Assembly (NCBI GenBank): GCA_965285935.1
Contig: OZ260662.1
Span: 40,548,001-40,612,000 of the forward strand
Direction: 5' to 3'
Length of the DNA: 64,000 nucleotides
Origin: Ophelia neglecta
Taxonomy: Eukaryota
Part shown: one piece after another, positions 39,901 through 52,640 of the stretch
Layout: each line of letters begins with the position of its first letter
Numbering within the stretch: position 1 is the stretch's first letter
Position numbers and translations under genes: made by a program
The notes under the pieces: generated by a model
Told to the model about the DNA's origin: nothing
Databases searched by the model: none
What the model saw: the letters and a program-made list of their open reading frames with translations, nothing else

Positions 39901-41109
39901 TAACTAATGAACAACCTAAACCATAGACTACTGAAAAGTTGGAACCGGAAGCCTTGACCATAATATGAAAATCATGATGGAGCTAGGTGTATGCTTTAAA
40001 ACATGTTAATCAACGTGCTTCATTGAAATATCTTCTGTGGTTTTGCCACGCTTCCTGTCTCATTAATCTGGGCTTGGACAATCTTAAACTTGTTCCTAAT
40101 CATAGGATGTATACATTAAGGACATTGAAAATGGCACTATGTACAAATTGGACTTGCATAAGAGTATGACTACAGCCATGATATACTAGGACAGGTAAAC
40201 GCAAAACACCTGCTCGAATTATATGTACCAAGTGATGATATTTGTATGTTTCCATCTTGGTAAATAAGTGTATATAATCCTGGTAAATACGCATATAAAT
40301 ACGTTGATATTAGGATATTATTCCTGTCACTCCAATGATTTAACAAAGTCGGCACGCAGAGAAACGCGAAACTTCAAATTGGCCTGCAGTAGATGCGTGT
40401 TATTCATTTCTAGTTGATAAGCTATAAACATACATCTAAAATATCACTCCCAGATACATGAACTAATAAAACGAGAGACGGGAATAAAGTATAGGCATAC
40501 TAGTAAGTGAGCTTGAGGAACACATCATTAAGGAAATTATCCGGAACTTTCTTGATATACAATGGGATCTGTCAGAAAAGGCGAGCTGGAAGTTGAGCTG
40601 ACGTAGTATTTGCAGAGAGGGTAATTTATATAATTATCACGACCTTAACCAGGGTGTTTCACATGAAAACGCTTATCGCCCTGTATTTCGAAGGTCCGTG
40701 ACTATCCTGTTTGCTAATAAAGAGCATCTTGAAATAAATTTGGCAGATAAATATATATTTTCTTTGATTTCTTTAATAATGATTGCTTGTTTATATTGTT
40801 AAACTATTAAACTGGCTTGCAAATTTACCATAATAAGTGGGAAAAATAGCCCAAAACCTTATAATGATTATAAATAGAGCTTATCTTGCAAAATATAGGT
40901 TATGTTAATGGTACATAATTTAATTCGTGGCAAGATCGAAACGAAGAGACTACATTTTTGTGTATGTAACAAAATTCTACTAGAATAATCTCACGATGTG
41001 ATACACAATGCTGAAGGAGCCTTTTATTGCGGTTAAAGATGTGGAACATTTGGCAATGCCTACTTCGCCCAACCTATATACGCAGTCGTAGCCTACTGTT
41101 AAGCTAGGT

Positions 41110-41180
41110 GCTGAATGTCAGAAGAGCTGTGTTTGGAATCCCAGTCAAGTCAACAGTAGACCTTTATATTAGTACGTTTA
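41110..41180 (+). mobile_element. Degenerate tRNA-SINE head fragment
   Basis: TGTGTTTGGAATCCCAGTCAAGTCA resembles TGTGGGTTCGAGTCCCAGCCAAGTCA at about 1783, with a decayed B box. Confidence 0.4.
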
Positions 41181-43454
41181 AAATAAGAAGGTGACAGCCC
41201 CATAATTTCACAGTCAATTATAAAGTGTAGGTTATGGAATACCAACAATGAGAGAAAAAGGTTGCCAACACGTTTGACGCGAATGTAAATCAAATTATGC
41301 CAATAACCTTGAGGTTTCATATAATCTGCTTGAAATCATGTGCATGTGAAACCTGACATTAAAACCCTATTACTATAGAGACACCAGCCAAGGAATAACT
41401 GCAGCCTGTTCAAAAAGGTATTGTTATATCAGAAAACGTAGATACATGTGTTTTGCAGATTGCCATAATAAGGAAATATAATTAAGCAAACTAAATAAAG
41501 TAAAGTATAAACTATGGTAATTGATTAAAGAAATTTAAGAAAGAGTAAATACATAGTAGGAAATACAAAATGAATGCCTTCTGTTGATCTTCCTTATTAT
41601 ACAAAATAGGTATTGCCCCAGGCAAAGTATTTTAATTGAATATTCAACAGGCGCGTACTTTTTTTCTCTCTGAAGCATCATTTTATGACAACACATTTTT
41701 TTTACTGTATATATAACCAAACTGTATCGATCCACGTTGCTTAGCTAGTCTATACCTCAGTCCCACTGGGTGAGGATGCGAGTAGGCGCACGCGTCCAAT
41801 TATAGGGGAAGTGTAATCAATGAACACTCGACTGGCGCTTGTTTCAATTGTGCCGCGTTTAGCTGAGATTAAGCCAGATTCCCAATGGAATCAAGAGCAG
41901 ATTGTGCACCTTCGTGAGCTGGTTAACAATGAATTTCGACAGCTAAGATGACATCTTCCTTAAGTTACCAATTTAATACCCTAATCCACAGCTGAGCATG
42001 TCATGGACATTTTTGTGTGGTGTTGTCCCGTAGGCAATTAGAAGGAGTTCTCCGCGATTAAACAGAGTTTGTGAGTGGATCTAAAAGCTAATCAGGGTAA
42101 CTAAAGGTGAAAGCCAAACCACACAAAATTGCATGTTAATTCCCGCTGTCGAGGGGGAAAATGCAAATTTTTTCTATCTTATCCCTTGATGTATTTTCTC
42201 TGCTTGTACGCCAAAGTTAATGATTGTAAAAGAATCAAAAGTGGCAGAAACAGGCACGACTAGTTACAAGATGGTGAACTCAATAGACATTTATATAATA
42301 TACCCCTTATTACAGGGCTTTCATTTACTTTGAAACAGGTCTTATTATTAAAACCTTATTATTTTATCAAAATACGGCCTAATAGGGGTTTTCACTCACC
42401 TTGTGATGTTTGCAATAATACAATGAAGATGGTAATATGGGTATTTTTGTTATTTCTTACAGGATTAAATGACAGAAGGTCGAACGGCTTTTGGCCCAAC
42501 ATTGACTTGGGCGGTGTCTGCTTTATGACATATAAATGATTGCCAGGGCGTATATAGCCAAAGAATACAGTCCCAAATGTAAAAGAGAGTGGGAAATATG
42601 TATTTCATAAACTATATTTAAATTAAACGTTTTTTCTTTTAGAATAAAATTTGAAGACAAACGTTTGTTCGAAAGTAACCTCGAGCTCCCTACCCCTTCC
42701 CCCCCTTTCTGTCCCAGTTTTGTCGTTGATATCACGAAAAATGTCTTCTGCCTATTTCTTACGCATCCCACCAAAGCAGATGATGTCCTTAAAAATGTGT
42801 TATATACTTAAGAAACCTTGTTAGAATACGCCGATGAATTAATAATATATACATATGTAGCAAAATCAAACGAGGGCCAACGAAGGGAGTTACCGACATT
42901 TGTTTACTTTTCCATCCAAAATGTGGGTGAAATAACTGATGGCCATATTATAGCCTACAACAATACGTTTTTGAAGTACCTTAATTGGTATAGGCCTACT
43001 TAGAGTTTGAAATGACGTCGAGGTCGCGGAGACAAAGGAATGGGTAAATTTCAAGCAATGCTCGTGTCAGGGGTTGACACAGACTACATCACAGACCAAA
43101 AGGAGCGTCGAGTTGTCCCAAGTCCAAAGCTCCCACCTGACATTACCTCACGCCAACCTTTCTGTGCAGACAGTCCAATTAAGGAAGAGGAATGGCTAAG
43201 CTGTAAACACCGTGGGATTTTGTTTCAAGCAGGAGCCTTTTAAACATATTTGTACCTACAAGCTCTTACAAGCTCTGTACATGGTACAGGGCCCTGCTCT
43301 CTGCACACATTAAGTTGTCAGGCACGGGGAGGACGAAAAGTTAATAATATTTAATGATGCTATTGCAGCGCAATTATGCACAATTATGGGAGTATACAAT
43401 GATACATGCTAAGGAAACATCCACAGACAAAACGCATGCTGACACGCGGTGCTG

Positions 43455-43845
43455 AGACCGGGAAGAACCGTGAAGAACCTTGAGTAAACCGTCACCAATC
43501 CGTAGTCCATCCTTGAGGGTCCGGGAGTGTCCGGGAATGTCCGTGAGGAACCGGGAATACCGTGGTGACACCTTGACTCACCTGGGCTGACCGTAGCTAG
43601 ACCGGGAATTGCCGTGGTGCCACCGGGAACAACCTTGAAGACACCGTGTCCTCACCGTAGCATCACCAGGCATTGTCTTGTTAGCACCGTGATAAAACGA
43701 GAAGGCCCGTACTGGGACCGGCTTGTTACTATTTTATAGTAACACTTCCACAGTTCATCAGGGTGCTCAATATTTTCAGCACCGGGATGGCCCGTAGAGA
43801 TCCTTGTAGGACCGTAGTCACACCGTCGTTTGTGGGACTCGGGCT
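43455..43845. mobile_element. Non-autonomous DNA element fragment with phased CCG/CCT array (PIF/Harbinger-like end, tentative)
   Basis: 21 CC(G/T/A) cores lie between 43458 and 43666. The terminus GTGGGACTCGGGC is followed by TAA. Confidence 0.55.
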
Positions 43846-46829
43846 AAGGTATATTTACAATGTATTCTGTCAACATAAATATGTATCTACCCTTTGCCCA
43901 TCGACTGCTCAGCCGCATTCAACAGATTGGACATTTTTCAAACATATGTACATGTTAATAAAGGGAACTTAACATCCTTATTGTTGCAGCGCGATGTTGC
44001 GGAGCTAAATAATTCAACTGATGACCTTTAATCAAATATAAATAAACTTCTGGTGTTGTTATTATTCGAGATGGTAACGTTGAGGTTTATTTACAGGACT
44101 CGATCAATTACATGCATAAATATTTATACTACTAGTTCAGCGGCTTAGTTCACCATTTCACTTTGAAAATATTAAGGGTGTGCCATGAATATATGAAGAA
44201 CCTACATGTACAAAACATACAAATTTGCGTAAAGTGGAGGCAGACGTTAGCTTGATTGTTCAGAGCACCCACCTATATATTCTGTTCCCTTGATCCTACA
44301 CTGAGTATCTCTCGCATCTGCCTTAGATATCAATCTTTGAGTCAAATCCTTTGGATCATTTTGCTTCATTTGAAGAATGCACACTATAGGTACGCAATAG
44401 AGTGCAGAGTTTATGATCCACAGGACGAAGACAACCAACTGATTGCATGAACACCCGAGGTTGAACATTTGAATTTTGTTTTTTTACGATAAGTACAACA
44501 GTAATTCTGAGACCAACCCAACCAATGGGTTTAAGGTCAGTGTGTTTATTTTGACTATGAAATAATACCACAATGAATCCATGATATATATAATGAACCA
44601 CAAGTACGGTTATTCTTTTCATATTATCGTATATGTCATTTGACCATTGAAATCAGAATTAAGATGGCGGAAACTGGTATATCATTAAAAATCATAAATA
44701 AAGAAAATGTTTGTTTAGGCCTACACAATTTCCTTTCCATTACATAATTCAGTCAGCATAATAAAGCAAAGCGAGGCAAGGGAAACATTTCTCATTGATC
44801 GATGCTCAAAATGATCTCGCCCACAACCTAAAGCACACTTTTATGTGCCGTAGTTTGTTAGGAATGCGCTCAGCGTCCGCCGACAATAAAAACAAGGAGG
44901 ACGGCAGACACATTGAAGCACAAGTATTTGCACACACAAATTGTTTTGTTTAAAAAAGACGGTAAAATACTAGTTGAAGTAAAGGAAGTGACTTTAGTAA
45001 ACATTGATTCGTGAAATATCATTGCAACACCTATAATATAATTCACCCGAATATTATTAAAAAAAGAAAGCTCCAAATAAAAGGTTTAGGCTGATTTGTG
45101 TGTGTTGGATCAATTTGTTTTTACCAAACGTCACCGTGCACGCTGACACAAATCAGAATGCTAACAAAGTGTTTAATTGATTAATAATACAACCTACCTT
45201 TCAATTGGATAGGTACATGTATGATTCTTTTCGGAGAATATCATTGCTGTTGGTGTTTAAGTCCCATCACTAAAGCCTGTAGTGTACTTTTTTGCTAGCG
45301 GCAGGTCTCAACAAATGACTACACACGCGAATGCTCCTTACACCCAGTCCGAACTACTCATTAGCAGCAGTGTCCTGTCATCCACTATCCACACCGTCTG
45401 CCGCACATAGGGCCAGGTTGAACACTCACCCTTGATCAACTTCCAACGCGTGGGCGCTATGCTCAATTACCGTTTTGCAGCACTAGACCAGCAACACCGA
45501 GATGCTAGAATTGGGCTTGGATGCATAGTTCGGACATTGTTATAGCGCTGAACGTATTTTTCTCCAGATTGTTTGACGCGTAGGCCTATTAAAGACACGC
45601 TCTCAAACTGAGATTGATGGACGTCCATACATACAATGATCATATAAACGCCATAGCAGTGTGTCAGCGGATGGCCTCAGCTTGTTGTTTCATACATTAT
45701 ATTTATGACCCATGGCTAGTACTAAATGTTTCATGCGAAGGAAGACATCAATAGATAAAGTTACCTCGGGACTCATTAAGAAGGCAAATCCGGACGCTGT
45801 ACCTGAATTATAGATCAGTACTGTACGTGGCCATTAGTCCCCACGGGACCTTGTCATCTAGATTTCAAGTGATCACTAAAGCTGACGAGCCCAACTTGTA
45901 GGTAACTTGTCATTGTGTCCCAGGTGTTTTGAACAGTACCATTGGTGGTGAGGGCGATTTTGCAGGAATAGAATGTCACAAGGCACCCGATCTATGCCAT
46001 TTAGTTGCTTAATTATTGCCCCTCATCTACATATGTTTGTAGGCAATGCCTTTTCATTGAAATATGCATGTAATGGGAATTTTACTGATCCTGCACGGGC
46101 ACCGTGATTAGTAGTTCAAAGGTTTCTGTCTCTCTCTTTCAAACCTGTTTAGATATGATAAGAGGTTTTCTGTCTGAGTATTGTTATGTCTTATCTTTAT
46201 TCAGTGTTGGTCACTTCATAAAGTGACAAGATAAAATGATTTGTTTTGCCTCTCAATAGACATCACGTGTATTTTTTTTGCACTGTCGAGAAGCTTTCCT
46301 CTAGAAAATTGAATTAACCACGTTTGCGGACATTAATAAGGGCTCCAAGCTCAGTTTCCACATAAGTTAGGTGAAGACACTATACAGAAAGCAGTGCTCT
46401 TCAATGGACATTCAAACTATATGGTAAACATAGTTTGATATCAAATCCCTACCTAAATACCTAACGAATGCGTTAACGAAAAAAAAACAATATTAGGCCA
46501 AGTCACAAAACGATAAAAAGAAATCAATCTAAGATTATTAAATAAAAAAAATAAATAAATAAGGTCTTATTTAGCCACGGATTAAGAGATGGACATAATT
46601 TCTTATTTAAGTCCAGGATTCAGACACATGATTTTGAAATAGTATCAAAAACTTGTGTACAACCAATCCATTTTACTTTAAAATCTATTTTACTAAATGA
46701 AAATGGAAAAAAAGGTTTTTTTTATTTGTCGACGGCCTAGTTCTCGTTTGCACTGTTCTGTGACAAATATTTATTGCACAATTAAGTAGGTTTGAAAATC
46801 CTTTGACCTTACTAATGTGATGGAGGCTT

Positions 46830-47095
46830 TTGTCACACATGTAGTGAGCCTGAATCAACGAGATTGGTTTATTACATTTAAATATAGAAATCGGTTTCGA
46901 TATTTAGAAAGAAATTATCAATTGCCTAAATGCGAAGACGATAGTTTTCAATGGCCAGGATTAAAATGTTTGGAATGGCCAAATACATTCTCATATTCGG
47001 CAAGCTCCAGTTCTTGTTAACCACTGTCCGATTATAATCTAATCGAGATAAGTGTCGTTTAATATTAAGTTCCCACATATTTATGGACAAGCTAA
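46830..47095 (+). pseudogene. L1/Tx1-type APE endonuclease N-terminal relic
   Basis: VVSLNQRD....KYRNRFRYLE....LEWPNTFSYSASSSS follows ISLNVRGL...KR...F.YL....EW.G...S.GSS.S, with HIYG (NIYGPN) further downstream. Confidence 0.5.
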
Positions 47096-50000
47096 AATAA
47101 AAATAAACTCCCTAAATTAATTGATCTCTAAGTTATAAAGCAGACTCGCCAAACATAACTGGCATGCCTTAAGAAAAGCAGCATGTGTCAGACCAAAGAG
47201 CTGATATTCCTTTCAGCCAACGAGCCCACGCATCTTTTATCCCCAGACGACATTCGAAATTTGTGTCACAAGCATACAGTAACACGTCATATTTTTCTCT
47301 CTATTTCTCGGTATACCGCTAGGTGAAGGAACACTGAGCTTTCCATGTAAATACCAGTGTGTTTTACCAATACAATGTGTCTCATTAACTTCTATCGTGC
47401 TGCGGACCCAGACAGCACACAGAGATGCATGCAAATAACTGGGATCGTTTTTATGTCGCAAGTGGGTGTCTTGCGTGTGTGCAAGCTCGAGGTACTATAT
47501 ATACGCCTCTTTTGCATATGTAGAATTAATAACAAAGTCGAAAAAATGAAAAATGATTTACAATTTGTGAATTGGTAATCATTTTGCAGTATACTTTCAC
47601 TTGAACGGTAGAAAACATTGTTCTCGCGAATTAAAAGTTTTCTGAGTTGATTATTTATGTCAACCTATTAAAGAGTACTCAGATAAGCAGCCCCGGTGAG
47701 ATAGATACATGAAAGCAATGAGTATGAATCTGTGCCATAGCTATAATGAAGGAGTATTTTATTGGGTGAAATGCCATAAAACCCTTTCCGTATAATTTTC
47801 GTTGAAGTGTCAATTCAGCTTGAGGAAGGGAGGGGGGGTCTTAATTCAAGGCAGCTGATTGTTGCGGAATGACGTTTTAGGTTACGTGCTGATGGCGAAT
47901 TAAAAAAAAAACACGACATATTAAAATACAGCATATTTTCTTGTATATAGGTGCCATGCAATTAAAACAAAACACCTGGGTTGTTTATTTCCTCGTTGTC
48001 CTATCTGAACACATATAAGTAATAACGCTGTTTCCGTTTGTTTCGACTTTTTTTCGCATCCGTGCTGTTCTCTTTTTGTAGAAGAGAAAACATGCAGGTC
48101 TTGTCTGTATTGTGTGGCCAATGTTATTAGTTGTCGACCATTGTTCAAATAAACCTGCTAACAATATTGTTAAATTGTTGTCAACTGAAAGATTCAACCG
48201 CCATATGATCGTTCTAGAATCTACTCCTTCCTACTTTTATGACTTGTGTCATAGTATATAAACGATCGAGATTGATATTCAATCCATATCATTTATTCAT
48301 CTTTTCTGTTGGAATTGTTCCTGACATAGTAATACAAATTTACACAAAATCATATATTATTAGCTTTATCTCACATTACTAAATGCAAAATATTATAGTA
48401 TTACCGAATTAAGGTATACATGTTAATGTGAAAAGGTTCAATTGATTTTAATAAATTTGTATAGTTAATTTTCTAAATTCTTCCTACTTATTTTAATTCA
48501 ATTGCACATGCTTATACTATTGTCTAAAACAGTGATTAGTAACGTTACAGCTCAGTAATGCCCACACCAATTATCTATTATTGCATGTCCATTAATTACG
48601 CCATTAGATATAGGTCATACTATCTGCGTCGTTCAATAAATTTCCATATCATTTTCGGCAATTCTATCGTGACATTGAGTTCGAATCAGAAGATGAGTTG
48701 TGTCAGTTTAATTATTTTGGATAAAAATTATTATCACATAGTCTCGCTTGATGAAAGGAATGACGTTTTCAAAGAGACAATGATCTTTTTGCCGGCTCTT
48801 TTTATGAGCAGATATTTTGTTCTATAATCTTGTCTCCATTTACTTCAAGACTGTGGCACAAGTTTGTCTGATCAATCTTCAATAAACATTCCAAGTCAGG
48901 AGTTTCAGGTGAAAGGTGCATGGTGATCTTCCTCTAAAAAGGCTAATCGTTAACAAGTTGTAAATCTATGCTATTTTGTCTGAAGAACACTCCTGTGTTT
49001 GATTAATTACATTGCTTTAAAAGGGCCTCCCTCTTGTTAATAAATAAATTATCAGAATGCCAACTGGTTTAATGGATGTATCACGAGCTATTCTCTTTAT
49101 GGCATCGGAATGCACGTATACATATTGTAGAAAGAAAAGATGTCATGTAATTCCAAGTCCGCTACAGGGCAATTCTGACATGTCTGCGGTGAAAATATCG
49201 ACTTTCGGGTTAAAATCCATAGCACCTCACCTCAATATGAAATGTGGGCCTAAGCAAACAAGCGGTCAGACAAGATCCATACAAAAAACGCGACCTTTGA
49301 TACGTGAAGGCAAAATCCGGCCTTTAGGCCAAGAGATGACAAGAGGCTTCGTGTTGGATGAAAACGAACAATGGAAGAATTGATTGAAGGGTGGAAAGCC
49401 TTCTGGTCACCGTGCTTTGTGCTTGATTTCAACAGAAATATAGATGTTTATGACTGCTCAGCTAACGATAGCGACTAACGTTACATACATGTTCATTTAT
49501 CACAATATAACAATTGAAGCATATTCTGGTAGCCAGTATAACACTATTTAATGGTGTTCTTGTGCCACAGATGGGGTCACCAAAAAGCAGTTAACCCCAC
49601 CTAACCTCGAACAAGCAAAGAGAAACTACAGTCTGGGCCTGGTGATCGGTAGAAACGGAGTACTTACCCCTAACAGGGACTGAAGGGAAACCTTCTGATC
49701 AATGCTTTTTATTTCGAATCGACAAAAAAGGATATAAAATTGAATGAATTCATAGAAATAAGGACACAATGCCATTGTTATCATTTGTGTACGTTAAGAA
49801 ATAAAGAGCCTTCTTTGGTTCTAAGTAGAGCTGTGAACATCTTCCGGTGGCATCTTGGCGCAGGCGTACATATTATATAAGAGTGGAGAAAATAACGAGG
49901 ATTATGTAAACTGTGACGTTTGGTTTCCGATAAGATCCCTGGGTTATATCCCTAAAAAAATGTTTAAAGGAAACATATTAGAGACTGGTAATCAAGCTAC

Positions 50001-50540
50001 TTACAGCGTGTGGCTTTGGTAAATAGGGAACGGCCAGTTTCACTTGTTTTTTTTTCCTGCCTATTAAATTTGTTTATAATCAAGATAACCCATTCGTTTA
50101 TTATGAAAAAATCGCGATGCCTACATTCAAAACTGTGTGAATAGCCGTACAATAACCTATCCTATGTGGGCCCCATATTGACATTATACAGCAATGTGCT
50201 AACGCCTCATTCGCTCAATGTAGGAGATGAATATGTGCACAACTACTGGATTCCAGGAAATCCACATATTATTAGGAAATAAATGACAGAACAAATTCCT
50301 AATGATGTTCATGACAGGCGGGTCCTTCGAGAATTTCGAAAAACTCATGCGGGTTTCATGCCTGGGAACTACTTAGTTTAGAAATACCCGTTCGCCTCGC
50401 TCACTTCCAATCCCTGGGCCCTCTAACTCTTCTACAGTATAGGGCAAAGGCTGTAACAGGTCAACTGACTATAGCCACCAACATAATTTAAATCGATTAC
50501 CATGTTTTTTAGCCATTGCCTTTTTTTCGCGTTTCTGCGT

Positions 50541-50860
50541 CTTCCACTCCCTTCCTGCATCGCTTTCCATGTGGTCTTCCACCGCCTTCCAACGCCCTTC
50601 ACTGCCTTCCATCGCCCTTCATCGCTTTCCATATGGTCCTCCACCGTACTCCATCGCACTCTACCGCCTTCCATTGCTCTCCGCCGCAGTTTTAACGCAT
50701 TCCACCGCATCAAAATGCCCTCCATCTCCCTCCCGAACCTTCCATCACCCTCACCCTTCTATCATCCACCACAACCTTCCCTCGCCCTCCAACGCCATCC
50801 ATCTCAGTCCACTGCCTTCCATCGCCCTCCTTCGCCTTGCATTGCCCTCCACAAACTTCC
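50541..50860. repeat. Degenerate 10-bp minisatellite (AYCGCCYTCC)
   Basis: Units such as ACCGCCTTCC AACGCCCTTC ACTGCCTTCC ATCGCCCTTC ATCGCTTTCC. This explains the stack of overlapping ORFs here. Confidence 0.85.
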
Positions 50861-50889
50861 GGCCCATCTCTAATACAATGAAAGACATA

Positions 50890-51300
50890 CAATCGTTATT
50901 TATTAGTCTAGATAGCAACGGACTTGGAATCAGCGGCCGGAGATGCCGAGTCGACGCGTCCAGGCTACTTCTAAGGGCACACACATGGAAAATGTGGGTA
51001 ATTTTTATGTTGAAAAATCAATGCTCGGTTTGTTGCCTAACCAGACGTCGCTAGAACTATGCAGGAACCTTTGGCATTTCTTAGAAAATACATTCATGAG
51101 CATTTGTGAGGCCCCTACTAGAATATTCCACTTGGGAAATACACTTTCTATAAATCGAGTGAAAGACAACTAAGAACCGGGAGGCTAACAGCAAAAAACA
51201 TGCAGACGACTTTCTGCTTAGACTGGATCTCGAACATAGGCTGGAGGTAAAAGCACAAGAGCCAAGTAGATGGAGGTCTTTGTTCAAGATTTGGTGACCC
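50890..51300 (+). pseudogene. RTE-clade LINE ORF C-terminal relic
   Basis: RVDA.RLLLRAHTW (RLDAF..RCLRRIL.I.W), RRR*NYAG (RRRLRWAGH), PGG*QQKT (GGQ.KTW) and EVKAQEPSRWRSLF (E.LAQDRS.WRS.V). Confidence 0.6.
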
Positions 51301-52379
51301 ATTTAGATAATATCTGTTCAAGAACGTGTGTCTTTGTTGTCTATCAATCAGTACTGCACGCCACGAGAGAGGAGACTCCTTGAAAATAGCGGGGATCTAG
51401 ACTCTTTTCCTAACGGATCATTTCATTTCTTGGATAATTTATAATTGTTTTTTTATGATTAATTTAGACAAAGAATAGTCTACCGTGCCCTGCATTTTCA
51501 AAGAAGTCGATCAGGCTCTATACAATTAACTAAGAATATCCAACGCCATATTGTAAAAGTTCTGCATATTTTGTGAATGTAATTGGCAATCTTTCAAGAA
51601 TGTCAACAACATCATAAATATGCTTAATTCATAATATCCAGGTACAACCATGAACATGATGATTTCCATTAAAAGAGTAATTTCAAGTTAATGCTTACAG
51701 CTTGCTTTGCCCACGATTTGTCGCGGATTAAGGATAATTGGTCTACAGCTCAACCGGAAGTGGACTATTATCACCCTTCATGTTATTTTTCCTTCCCACG
51801 TGACATTATTACGTACTCACGTGTCAAAAGTAGGTTACAACCTCCATCATCATCTTACATGGCAACGTGATAATACCTCGTGGGAACGTGACTTTTGAAC
51901 GCTAAACTGACACAACAGAATAAAATGTCAATAATGTGCATCTGGACTGTACGCTTAGTGGGTGACCTGTATTGAGTATTAATTATGCAGCGTTAAAATG
52001 AATAACCATATGGGCCATTCCAGCCTTTTGGAGCATAAAATTGCACCAATCTCCAATATGGATGCAGGTTTGAAAAAAAGCAACACTGACTTTAATAAAG
52101 CGTTCCTTTATTGCCTGGAGACTGCCTACCTTCTCTCACACTTTTACATATTTGACTGAAAAATGACACCCATTTTCTTCTGTCCAATGGATGCTCATTG
52201 ATGTTATTAGGCTACAACAACCATTCAAAATTGGCATATTATTTGGTTTTAACCGAAGGATGTTAATGGCAAGATGTCCGACGTTAGCAATGTCTTGTCT
52301 GGCAGCATTGTCATTAAAGGCTACAAAATCAGTCCTACATTTTTTTCCTACATCTATTCTGGTTTGACAAGCGGGCCAG

Positions 52380-52640
52380 TAAAGGATTCATGATCCAAGG
52401 AGGGTTTAAGTTGATCTTTTAAACCATCTGGTATTTGTTCGTTAAGTTTTTGGCCATGGTTGAATCTAGGTAATTATGTTGGATGTCTAAGTTGTCTGGC
52501 GGGGGTAATTTTCTCGCCGTGACCTGGGTGTGTATTTGTCTCCTTTGTATACTTCTCCACTGCTGTGAACATGTCCCATTTGTTTCAGGCTGTGCCGGAT
52601 GCATTAGGAACTTGCATATTGTTGACGGTAAATTGACCTG
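52380..52640 (-). pseudogene. Possible CR1 LINE 3' end relic
   Basis: TH-PGHGEK/LPPPDNLDIQHNYL...NEQIPD...ESF loosely matches TRGH.KL.KP..LDIR.NFF...WN.LP...SFK. Confidence 0.35.

Noticed and set aside
50432-51054. Five overlapping ORFs
   Set aside because: They are artefacts of the 10-bp C-rich repeat. Only the 3' part reflects an RTE relic.
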